DNA of 44,552 nt from Spirogloea muscicola (lineage: Eukaryota): the NCBI GenBank assembly GCA_009602725.1, contig WELB01000005.1, positions 437,206 to 481,757 of the forward strand, written 5' to 3'. The notes beneath the pieces are model-generated. The model was not told where the DNA came from and made no database searches. It saw nothing but the letters and a program-made list of their open reading frames with translations. Position 1 is the first letter of the stretch; the number at the start of each line of letters is the position of its first letter. Positions 32,554-44,552 of the stretch are shown here, piece after piece. A program made the translations under genes and the position numbers.

Positions 32554-35500
32554 ATGGCGCCTGCACAGCCCCAAGCGCAGTGCGGCGGTTACAGCCTGCA
32601 GAAAGAGACCACCGGTAAATACATCGATTCCCCGTTCACCACCGCGTCACGCTGCAGCGAATGCCTTCAGACGTACTATGGCGCATATTTCTCACATCAT
32701 TGGGAAGGGCTTTACTGCTTGGAGACCCTACATGAACGTGCTTATGCTCACTCATTGCCATGTAGAGAGCTCTTTGTCCCAAGCATGCTTTGGCAAGTAG
32801 TGAGAATACCTGCAACAGCTTGTAACAGATAAGTGATTTGGGCTGAGGTCCGCTTGTTTGAGTTGCAACTTGCATCTGCCATTGTTGTCTGGCTTTTTGC
32901 ATTTGAAGCAGAAAGTATCTCGAGGTCTTGGGGCCTTGAAATGATGCACACAGCGGGAGAATACATTCCCGGTGCGCTCCACACCATTTCCATGTCAAGT
33001 ACAGGCCATGTCCGTATGAGTGCAAGAGCTGAATAATCAGAGCTCTTGGTCCTTAGCTGGACCAAGAGCTTGGGGTGCCACGGTATTAGCAGCTTTCCAC
33101 GCGCTGAACAATTAGATCATTGAGTGACATGCACACCTTCGCCGGTAAGCTAAGGGTCGTTGTTATCATAGTGCAGGCACATTTGGTCCTTGAAGAGCAG
33201 GCTAGACTGTTGGTTGTTCTCTCCAAGGTGCATGCGTTCCCCTCTGCTTAGCAATACTTGCTGTGGTTGACAATACCAATCTTCTAGTTGACAGAGGGTA
33301 CCTATAGTGTGGCCCTGCCGGAGAAGCTGTCAGACAAGCACTGGGCTGTTCACAGGTATGTTACTAGAAGAGCCAGTACATAAGTCCATTAGTGATTTAG
33401 CAGTGAATGAAAGCCCTCCAGCTGCGCGTGAAGCAGGCAGAGACATAGGTCCAAATATGCAGCCTCTTCAGCAAGTGCTGTAAAGGCCGCACACTTAGGA
33501 ATTCATGTACTGCTTGCCTGCTTGTATATTTCAACAGCAGCTATATTCTGACTGTGTGCTCGCGCACCGGGTCAGGGAGGGCTCCGTGGTTGAAATCACC
33601 GTTACTCAGTTGTTGCCCTGCGCACATAGCCTATGCAGGGACAAGAAGATTATTCAACATATCTCTTGCCAATGCTGTGAACAAGCTTGTTCATCTTGAT
33701 GTAGGTCTGCCCGGTTTCCTCTGAAGCTTACCAGCGGCTTTGCCGATTCTGATGTGAGAACGCTTCATGACAACTTTGAGTGAGTTCGGCTTTACCTTCT
33801 TGCCAGCTCTGTACAAGCCATGCTTTGTCACACTAAGAGCCAGAGAGTGTATTTTGGTTCGTACTTTCCAGCGTACGTTGTAAATGCAAAGTCGTTGCTT
33901 ATATGAAAGAGGGGCTGGTGCTGCTAGTACACATTAGAGAGTAACAACCGTTAATGTCTTCAGCATGCACTGGTGCAAGCTTGTTAGAGAACCAGGTAAA
34001 AGCCTGACATTCCTTAGGGCATAGGTGAAGGGCACAGGTTGTGGCTTCCAACTCAACTGTTGCTTTTGTGCATTCATTTGCACCAACAACCACAGGCATG
34101 GTATTCAAACTTACCCAGATGAGCCCTGCTTGGGCAGCAGGGTGCGACAAGATGGCACAGTGGGATCGTGAGTGCTCTCTCCTGTGAACAGATTAAAGAT
34201 TTATAGTCAAGCCTACCTGCACTGCACCTGTGATTGTTGTGTCCAGAAATTTCAGCAGTGGTGCAGGACTCTTCTGTCACATGGTTGGGCCTCCACAGTT
34301 CTCACAAGTAATCCATGTGTGCACAGGTATGAGTGGCTCACATACAAGGAGGCAGGCGATGCTCGCACAGCAGTTGGATCTGGGTTAGTTCTTCAAGATA
34401 TCTCTAAGGTGCAAATGGGCTGTTCCATATCCCAGCAGCACGGAGAGAGCAGCATTTTGGGGCCATCAGTTGTTCTCTTTTGTCCCTGTGTAATAAAGCC
34501 AATGTTTCCTGGCCACTGTGAGAATTGTTTCTCATGTTGATTCTCAGGAAAATTACCTACTTTCAGAATTACATGATTATTGCTTACTGTTGGCTTGAGT
34601 TCTGGGACATGTGCTCTAAATGTCAAGTACTCATTTGTGCTTGTTCAAGAGAAACTTGTTTATGCATGCTGATCTATGTTTCTTTTGGTGACAGGGGACT
34701 CGTGTGGGCCTGTTCTTCATAAATAGGCCTGAGTGGGTCATTGTGGAGCAGGCCTGCAACGCCTATGGATATGTGTCTGTGCCACTCTACGACACACTAG
34801 GTATAGCACCTAACAAATGTATCCTACATAAGCTGCTACTTCCAATAGTGGAGAATACCACGCAGGCTTGATGCTGATAGAATGAAGGACAGATGCTTTG
34901 ATGCTTGTCATTGCAGGAACCTTTGTAATACTCGTGGGTCTTTTTTGCAGGTCCAGATGCCGTCAAGTACATCATCAATCATGCAGATATTGCATGTATA
35001 TTTTGTACCCGCGACAAGCTGCAGACTGTAAGAGCTCCATGCTCTGACTACATGTGGTTGCAAGCGAATGTCCAATTTTCTGTCTACTCTATTCACTTAT
35101 CTCATAAGATTTGGCTAGAATACTTGTTGCCAGTCGTTAACGTGAACAGATACCTACGAAGCAGCTAGCCTGGTGTTTGCAACTGAGACTCTTTGGTTGG
35201 CATGCAGCTAATTGATTGTCTTCCGGATTGCCATTCTGTAAAATTCGTAGTGGTATGTGCGTAAGTTTGCACACACTTACAATGTTACAAGCTTACAGCC
35301 AGTCAGACATGCTAGGGTTCTTTGCAAATTGTGCTGGCTGGTACAGTTTAGGTGGGGTTGCATATGTGTGGCGCTGTTGATAGTCAGAAAGGCAGCACTA
35401 TTCACAGCATCACGTCCTGCATAACTTTCTTCTGATTGTCTTCATTCTTGGTCATGTAGGTGCTTGGCGGCACAGATCAAGTGCTACCTCTGTCCAAGCC

Positions 35501-38500
35501 AGGGTCTGGAGTAGTCTATATACCTTACAGCAAATTGGAGGCTCACGTACGTGCCCTCGCAAGTCTCACAAGCTTCACAACTCAGGCAGAAGAACCTCCT
35601 ACTACTTGAAAAGCTTTGGCTCATATGTTGAAACCATTGACAATGGAGGTTTTAATAAACTTCTGCTAAGCAAGTATACCAACATCTTTTGCTGGTTTGT
35701 CTTCGATGGTGCAGGGCAAGCTGACGACTATACCATTCAGCCCATCACACCCTAGTGATGTAGCTACCATCTGCTACACCAGCGGTACCACTGGCACGCC
35801 AAAGGTGATCATGGTGCTGTGCCTGCAAGCTATAGAGCATACAGGAGGTTGCCTTGGGCCACGTGGTTGACACCTTGTTGCTTGGTCCGAGGTCTAAGCA
35901 TAATGCCAAACGCCCTCTGTCAAACAGGGTGCCATGCTGACGCACTCAAACTTCATTGCAAGCGCCGCTGGCGTTTGCAGTGGCTCTCCCATATATACAG
36001 GAGATGTGTGAGTTTTGCTTGCCCACATCCTGCAGACCTGCTGGCAGATGGTCACGAGCAATGTCAGATGTCCTTGAAGGTGCTGATGGATGGTAAGTTT
36101 TCACGTATTTTCAAGTATTCATATACCTTGTATATCACCCAGTTTAGGCCTCATACTTACTTGCTTCTTGCAGACATATTTCCTATCTTCCTCTTGCTCA
36201 TATATACGAAAGGATGAACATCACAGCCATGCTACATTATGGAGTTGCAATTGGTTTCTATCAAGGGGTGGGTACACAACCTATGCTTTACTACTCATCA
36301 TGCACAGGTCTTAAAGTGTTGTAGTCGTCATGTGCATGCAAACGGATATTTGAGTACAAGGCTTCAATGTCAAGTAGTTGGTTTGTGCATGCAAACGGAT
36401 TGAAGTACAAGGCTTCAGCGTGAATGATTGTCCAGACAGAATCATTACCATTACTGTACAGCAAGACAAGCCCATTGGACTAAAAGTTTTGGCGTATGAT
36501 TTGCTCTTGTCGTGGCAGGACATCATGAAGCTCATGGATGACTTGGAGGTTTTGAAACCAACATTCTTTGCCAGCGTACCAAGACTGTATAACCGCATCT
36601 ATGACAGGTACTTGATGTGCTTTCTCACAGAATTGTGTCGTCGTCTTTTGATTCGCACTCGCCTGTTCTCATACTTCAGTCGTCTCTCCAATATTCCACC
36701 TGCAATAAAGGTGCGTTCCCTAAGGGTTCTTGGCATTGTTGCAGAATATTAGGAACTGTCAAAAGCTCCGGTGGACTCAAAGAGTACCTCTTCAATGTTG
36801 CGTACAATGCCAAAAAGTCTGCCCTTGAAAAAGGTAGTGTAACTTCCCTGCCAGCGTCATTCCCCAACATACACGTGCTGCCTACATGGCAACGCAGCAT
36901 TGACTAGGTGTATCTATCCAAATGTATCTTGTACTTAAGCAGGTCTTGCAATATCATAATGATAGGGAGCATCTGAGGAGGCATATGCTGATTCATGTGA
37001 TACAGGGCGCACCCCGTCCCCTGTGTGGGATCGGCTTGTTTTTAACAAGATCAAAGCCCGGCTTGGTGGTCGAGTTCGCATCATGACCACGGGAGCATCA
37101 CCCATCTCGCCTGAAGTCTTTGATTTCTTGAAAGTGTGAGCGTAGGTGCTACGGTGTTGGTCTATTAAGGATAGTCTTTTGGATTGGCATTCACAATCTG
37201 ACTTTTTACCTGTATGAGCTGGTGGGAAACTGCATGCTGCTGATGCTTACTTATCTACTTCCTTTCACGTTAATACAGCTGCTTTGGTGGAAGATTGGTT
37301 GAGGGCTATGGAATGACCGAAACAACATGCACGATATCCAACATGGATGAAGGAGACATGATGTCTGGCCACGTTGGATCCCCTAATCCAGCCTGTGGTA
37401 AGTGAAAACCATGTGGTCAGGTCTCACTGTCTCTCAGTCATTTGCAAAGGCCCTCATCTATGGTCGTTGGCAGAACACTCTGGCAGTGGTTGCGCTTTTA
37501 TGAAGCCCTGATGTAAATGTTGCATCAAGGAGTGAGCTGCTGATGTTGCTGTTGGAGGACTTGTAAATTGTAAGTGCAGAGGTGAAGTTGGTGGATGTGC
37601 CCGAGATGGAGTACACCTCCACCGATCAGCCGTACCCTCGGGGAGAGATTTGTGTTCGGGGTCCCATTGTTTTCAAGGGCTACTACAAGGATGAGAAGCA
37701 GACGTAAGTAGCAATTAACTCCTCTTGCGTCTAATGAAGCTCATCTGTGGATGTGAATGTCTAGATTCCCTCGAGAGCAAAGTTGGTCAAAAGACAGATT
37801 GGCAATCTGTCTTTTGTTCCAAATCAGCTAGCAGCTTCTCATACTGTCAAGCCGTCAAGCACTTATGCAGAGGGCTTTTAAGGAGAGATGAAGTTTTTAC
37901 TTCGTTTAAGCTTACACAGTTTTCTGGTAGTTCAGGACACCTCATCAACTGCATGTGTTGCTCAGAGATTGATGGCCAAGCTTGATGCGGTCCCTCCTGA
38001 CCTGCACCGTCCAGGAAGGAGATGGTTGATGAAGAAGGCTGGCTTCATACTGGTGATATTGGGTTGTGGCTTCCAGGTGGACGCCTCAAAATCATTGACA
38101 GGTCCTTGACAGCCTGCCCGTAATGCCCTTGTTTACAATTCTGTATATAGGAGTGCTGACTGTGGAAGGTGATAGGCTGCCAGATTGGTTGTAGCGCTAG
38201 CTCGTGTGCAAACTAGATTGCTCGGCTACTGCTTGTATGCAGAGGTCCGCACTCATCAGGTGCACCAAGTGCATCACTTGTAGTCACTCCTTGAATATTC
38301 CTGATAAGGTTACGTCTCTATCCTGCCACATACTTCACAAGGCCTGATCAGCTCTTCATGCATCCAGGAAGAAGAATATATTCAAGCTCGCACAAGGAGA
38401 GTACATTGCTCCTGAAAAGATAGAGAATGTTTACCAGAGGAGCCGATTTGTGCAGCAATGTTTTGTCCATGGTACTTCCTCATCTATCTTGCTTCATGTC

Positions 38501-39602
38501 AAGTTGGCGATGATGACTGCTTGTGGTGCTCAGCTTCGCTGTGGGCAGTTGTGGCTTGTTTCCATTGCTTTGCAAGATAAAGCAGGAGTTACTACTCATG
38601 AGGATTTGCGTGCATGACCATTCAGTATCGTCAACATCTTACCAATCCGTGGTTTGCTGCAGGGGATAGTTTCAACGCGAGCTTAGTAGCAGTTGTCGTT
38701 GTTGATCCTGAAGAGCTGACATTGTGGGCCAAAGGGCGAGGAATACAGGTGACACCACAAAGGCGTCGCTCATGCTCATGTGCCATGGTCAGATCAGAAG
38801 TGTTAACATCTATTTGTCTTGAGTCGGATGATCTGTGGAGCCATGTATCTTGTACTTATGCATTGAGGACTGGCTAGTCAGTGCTGGTGCTCACATAATT
38901 AAGGCTTGACAGAAGCTCTGACAAATTATGGTGTCAATCTTGACAGCATGCGAACGATCTTGCCAAGCTCTGCGAAGATCCAGTCGCGAAGGCAGCTGTA
39001 CTGGCTGACATGGATGAGCTGGGCAAGGATGCTAAGGTGTGTACTGTGGTAGTTTTGGCACGAGGCATTGTCAGGGCCAACGCGGCAGGCACCTTGGCAT
39101 TTGGGAAGTTTGATGGGCCACTTGATGCGCAGGTATGAGTCCTTGTCAATGTGCCGACAACATTTGGGGTCTGACTGACGGCCTGAGCGGTGCACCCGTC
39201 TTTGTGATGTCATGTGCTCAGTTGCGAGGCTTTGAGTATGCCAAGAACATCCATCTCGTTCCAGAGCCCTTCACCCTGGAAAACGACCTTCTCACACCTA
39301 CCTTCAAGGTACACTGAGGGCTTCCCCTTATACTTTTATCCTTATCATTTCTGTGCTCGTCCTCTTCCAAAGACCAGTATTACTGAGGTCGTAGCTCACG
39401 CTTTGAGGCACACGCCGTGCCCATGTGGTACATGCGAGCTGCAGTGATGTTGCGCATGTGTATGGGCTCACAGAGGAAGCTGGGCTTGTGCGTGCAGATC
39501 AAGCGACCTCAAGCAAAGGCATTCTTTGAGAAGGAGATTGCACGGATGTATGCCGAGCTTGCTGCGAAGGAGAGGGCGCTGCCCACCAGGTCGAAGTTGT
39601 AG
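32554..39602 (+). CDS. LACS7: Peroxisomal long-chain acyl-CoA synthetase (LACS6/LACS7 clade), >20 exons
   Basis: Exons include 32554-32614, 32954-32971, 33294-33355 ([11 protein letters not shown]), ~33705-33779 (TLHDNFE), ~34695-34800 (NRPEW…VPLYDTLG), ~35715-35804 ([12 protein letters not shown]), ~37280-37397 (EGYGMTET), ~37580-37703 ([11 protein letters not shown]), ~38015-38101 (GWLHTGDIG), ~38368-38471 ([22 protein letters not shown]) and 39498-39602, ending …TRSKL* (PTS1). Confidence 0.95.
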
Positions 39603-40429
39603 TCTGTGAGACAGAGCAAGTGAATGCAACAAAGGTTATGCTAGCTTTGCAGGATTGTGCTCCCACTTCGCATCAGATCCAGGTACATGTCTTAGTCTGC
39701 TTAGTGCCTGGCACAACCCGTGCAGTGTTGGGCACCCCCCGCTTATCCCGCCATATTGATGTGATACCTGTGAGGTTGGGGCAGCACACTTGACACTTTA
39801 CAGTGACCTAACTTGCCTCTCAAGCTCGCTGCATCTCTTAATTCTCAATATATGATATGGTAGCTTCCAACTCCTCTCCTCTCTGTCTGTTCACCGCGGC
39901 CTTCAGGCAGTGCACGTCTGTGCAGCTGGCTCTCACTAGTCGTCAGGCCAGCATCATACGAAGCTTCGGTTTGGGGCCCCCTACCTGGTGGAATCTGCAG
40001 TGACCACTGGAAAGTGGGGAGATATTAATAGACCCATGACCTTAACGTGGAGGAGGCGCTAGCAACAATACCAGGTCTGTGTCGAGCATATTGCCGCTCT
40101 CCAAGTCTGCATTGCAAGAGGAAGAGAGTGCTCTATCACAGAGGGCGGTTCTGTGAAGGGTCAGCCCAGACGTGTTGGGCGTGGTATATTGCTTTAAGCA
40201 AGCGCATTAGGCTGGGGAAGCCTTTGGCGCGGTCAGTGGGCCGTGGGAGAGCTCCCTGTGAGTCGGACTGCCCAGCATATCGGACTTATTGGAAAAGTAA
40301 TGTGTGCGCCTGCTCTTGTGCCCTAGCTGTGGCTGCCGCCCACCTTAGGTGCAGGCTGAGTTTGTGCTAGTCTGATCTGGTTCGGCCATTCTCCTCCCGG
40401 GAAAGCTTTGAGAGCGCTTCTGGCCCCTT

Positions 40430-40670
40430 CGGACATTGTCAAAATTTTGGGGCTGGCTGTTCAGAGCCCTCGCCCCCTTTGGGAGAGCAACTTACTTTCT
40501 TTCTTTGGGCGCTATAATAAGCAGATTGCATCTGTACCACGTAGTGGTGGTCTACTGGTCGCGTGAAGAGTAGTTGTTCTGAAACATGGAGGGCCTGAGT
40601 CGCCAAATACAAAGGCAAAGACATCTGGAGGTGCACATAACCAACCCGCTCAGTAACAACGGGTCACCAA
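40430..40670. mobile_element. Converging retrotransposon 3' fragments
   Basis: Plus-strand motif GGGCTGGCTGTTCAGAGCCCTCGCCCCCTTTGGGAGAGCAACT at ~40449; minus-strand LVTRCY* at ~40650-40670. Confidence 0.55.
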
Positions 40671-42398
40671 GTAGAGGTTGAGTAACCGTATGTCCACATA
40701 CTGGGCGGCAAGTCAAGCCCCTCTATGGGGAGAGGGGCAAAAGCCCAGCAGCAGAGTACCATCATAGCAGGCATCATCATTAACAACATTCTTATGAGCA
40801 GTGATTACTCCATTGTATTAATAAAAAATACCACCCAAGATCTGAGTTCCCAGTTGTGCTGATTCCATACAAATCAAAAATGAAAAGCATGTACTCAGAA
40901 CTCCAGCAATAGCACCCAAAAATTAAGATTCACGGTATCTGTATATTCGTGATCACTAGAAAAAAGCCACCTTCGTGCAAACTAATTCATTTCGAAGCAT
41001 GTTTTCATTCTTGACTGGGGGTGGGGGAAGACGAGAAGACGGGCACCTGTCGAAGTGCGAGGTGAGATGCACCATCGAGAGTCGCTAGCAGCTGAAGACG
41101 AAGGAGAGGTCGACGGCGGGAACTCAAGTAAAGGCCGCGCTGACTTTGTCACCGGTCTGGCCACTGCCCGGGCAATCGCTGCGCCAGCCGCCGGCAGCCC
41201 CACGTCCTCCGAAGGGGCCTCATCGATGCACACGCCTCGAGCCGCCAAATTTGATTACATGACCCAGGACGGCGCGGGCCTGCTGCAAGCACCGCTGACC
41301 GGCTTCTGGGAAAGACGGAGTTGCGGCTGGCGAGGCCTTGGTCGATGTGAACAGCAAATGCCCTTAAACTGATTGACGCACCCACATTCTGCCAAATCAG
41401 TTCAGCTCGTCGGGAAACTCATGGGCCTAGCAACCGCTTTTCAAAGATCCATTCCCAGAGCGTGCCCAAGGTGCGTAAGACAGCGCTTGGCGGCAAGGAA
41501 ATTTGCAGCATGGCAGGTCACTGGCAAGAAGTATGTTCGTGGTCGCCATCGACGTGAGGGCCCTCTGCTGCTGCAGTGTGGCTCATCAGCTTTTGCATGT
41601 TGGTGGCCACGGCCACTTGACCGTGCCTCAGACGAGCGAGCCTTAAGTCCTGCCTCAAGGGACATACGTCGCGCTTGGTGAGGCCACTCACCAGCCATGA
41701 TGGGTAAAGGCAATGCTATATACCAGGCTACAAACTGAATGACTGTAGTCTATGCCAACAGTGTCAAGCCACTGCAAACGGGGACAGAGCAGACATAGTA
41801 GTCCTCCAGCCGACGTCCCATAATCTGCAAAACCCCTGTAGAGATGCTGATGCCTGCACTGTTGTCACAATGTCCACGCTTGGCATGTTTGTGCGGTGCT
41901 GCCGTGACTTCGCAACTTTAAGACGGGGCTTGTGCATTTGACGAGGCCTCAACTTACTCTCATGCTGATATCGGATGTGCTGCCAGAGCAGCAAAAGTCC
42001 TGCAGCTTCTGCAGAAGCAGCATACAGCTCTTGCATATTTGTAATTCGGGCTGCGGGCAGAAAGGGTGTGCTTCACTTTGTCAGCTTCTTTACAGCGCAC
42101 ATTTATCAGCAGTACTTCTGTTACTTACATAGGTACACAACCCTGAGGCCGTCCCCTGGGCCAATGTTGCAGCAGACACTTGCTATGCATGACTTCCTCA
42201 TCGGAGCAGTAGCGTTTTGGCGCGTCAGAGCTTTCAACAGGATCCTGTGCGCATATGTTTACGAGAGTGTGCGTGGGTGTCGTGCAGGTGCAAATACATG
42301 TCTACATTGTGTGGATGTGGGTGTGTGTTTGTCTCTGTCGTGTCTGTGTGTATAAGTGTGACTGACTGTTGTGCAAGCGTGTGCGCGCGTATATATGT

Positions 42399-42731
<333 letters not shown>

Positions 42732-43160
42732 ACTGCGTGTGGCTGTTTCATCTACTTAAATGGGAGTGTTGAGTGGTTAGGAGGGTCAGGCAGCCGGATA
42801 GAGTGCTTGTAAAATGATGTCAAGAAGACAAGCTCGTTGGTCCTTCAGTCTCAAACAGTCTCAAACAGTCAGTGTCCATGGACGATGAACCAACTATGCA
42901 TGCATCAATGATGATGGTATTTATTGTGCTTGAAGTCAATCAGCGTCAGAATGCCAAGCCAAGTCACTTTGACTGTTTGAGACGCGTGAATTTAGAAATC
43001 AGTGAAGCTTCTACACGAATACTTGCGGAGAATGCGAGCGACATCAGTGAGCCACTGCGATATTCCAAACGAAGGGGTCATCATGCTATTCACGTGGTAA
43101 ACCTGTAAGTCTATATGCTGGGGGCGCTTTGTGCATTCTGCACAACGCCCCGGGAGAAAC

Positions 43161-44266
43161 TCATATATTCTGGTGCTCCAGATTGGGCCAAAGCGAGCCT
43201 ATATCCGTTGGCTGGAAATCAATTGGATTATTGCAAAATGCTTCCAACTCAATCTGCATCGAGATGGAAATACGTGCTGATGTCAATGACGTGCTTACGA
43301 CCATGACTAGCTTACACTGTACAACTGCGCTACTGGATGATCTTGCCACGTTCCATTGCTGATAAAACAAAAGATTGAGAGTTGAGATAGATTAAGCACG
43401 TGATGAAAAGAGTGGTAACCTCTAGGAAACGGATTCTTGTGTCGCGTGCACGAAGAACTCTAGTCACGCCCTCAACGGGATCCACCAATCTGTATCGTGC
43501 CTCGCAGATCAAGCTGCAAGCCAATGGCCAAGAAGGGCTCTGACATGTGAGCCACAAGTGCATAGCTTATGATGCGAAATTCATATTGAAATTCACGTAC
43601 GAGTCAAGTCTATAATATACAAACAATTATAGAATATCAATTACAAAGAGTGGAAGCACTCCTACCCGGATCGAAGCCACAAGCAGTATAAGAGATTATA
43701 ACAAACCTCTGCATGCAAGCTTCACGCATGTCGTGAGGGACTCCATCTCTTACAATCTCATTTGCTTTTCTCAAGTGCTTGGTCGCGTGGTCGGCACCGA
43801 ACACCTCTTGCACCATCTCCCAATGGGCAAGCTTTACAGGATTCGAGGGCCGCAAGCTGGGAATGGCGTATAGACATGTCCACCCCTGGCATGCGCGGCG
43901 CATCTTTTGGCAAGATGCGCAAGAGCCACGTTCCTCTCGCTGTTCCACAGCCCCCCCTGTAGCCACAGCGGCACCCACATGAACGTCGCCCATCTGGTCG
44001 GGAGCCACTCCCGCTTGTGGCCTTGGCTGCAGCCCAACTCGCGCGTCTTCTACAGGCAGGTCAGTTGCAGCTGCACGAATTGCCTCTTCCTCCAGCTCTT
44101 GCCGAGCAATATTCTGCAGTTTTTGTAGCCGCTGGCGGCGCTCTTCTTCACGCTCTTCTTCACGAAGCCTCTTCTCGTCCTCATCATGTGCAACCCCGAC
44201 ATTGGCAGGTCGGGGTTGCACATGGAGCTCAGCTCCTGGCTCCATCCTCCTCGATCCGCGTGGCAT
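43161..44266 (-). CDS. LBD: Divergent LOB-domain (LBD/AS2 family) transcription factor
   Basis: Exon 43707-44266 (CASCQKMRRACQGWTCLYA…WEMVQEVFGADHATKHL…REACMQS) splices GT-AG in phase to 43420-43513 (LICEARYRLVDPVEGVTRVL). Together they reproduce the LOB C-block, VFGA GAS block and SLxYEA..R..DPV.G motifs. Start codon (44266 or 44245) and last exon (~43161-43358) are tentative. Confidence 0.8.
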
Positions 44267-44552
44267 GCTTGTCCTCGACCCAGTTAAGCGATGGACTTCC
44301 AGAGCTGTGGCGCAGGTTGCGGCTCTAGCTGCGGAAGCAGGCACGAGCAAGCGCAGGAAGTGGCGACTCGAGCTTGATCAGCCAGCCATGTGAGCTCCCA
44401 AGGAAGAAGCGAGGAGGGGAGAAGGCAGCGTGGAGGTCTGGGGGAGGGGAGGGTGGGAATGTGGCCTCCGTGCATATTTACCAAGCTCGGGAGCGGGGGA
44501 GGTGAAGCATGCGAGGAAGGAGAGAGGGGGTCGGGGGGGGGGGGGGGGGGGG

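Noticed and set aside
41000..42200. Several short ORFs between LACS and the microsatellite
   Set aside because: No recognisable domain or consistent splice model.

Overview
Eukaryotic, GC-rich, intron-containing genomic DNA. The gene families are plant-like, so a streptophyte green alga is the most plausible source (inference). Host genes, with exons reconstructed by eye: PTEN2-type phosphatase (+, 8759-13481); small OB-fold protein (-, 5' end lost in an assembly gap) with a decayed tandem copy; Cmc1-type twin-CX9C protein (+); secreted Ser-Pro4 extensin chimera with a frameshift (-); erlin/SPFH protein (-); peroxisomal long-chain acyl-CoA synthetase ending in SKL (+); and a divergent LOB-domain (LBD) factor (-). 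The intergenic blocks (1-5130, 8050-8410, 19300, 21900-26450, 31880-32220, 40430-40670) hold many 5'-truncated copies from several subfamilies of a restriction-like-endonuclease (CRE-like) non-LTR retrotransposon. Copies share a C-terminus (…RAGRALAAASG…SDLxLLxRGY*) and a ~45-nt 3'-terminal motif (GGGCTGG-YYYY-CACAGCCC…GGGAGAGCC-ACTTCT), counted by eye about 35 times. The most striking pattern is that at least five element 3' ends join inside this same motif of another copy, which suggests a self-targeting retrotransposon family. A Ty3/gypsy integrase relic, a (GT)n microsatellite and an Illumina adapter artefact are also present.
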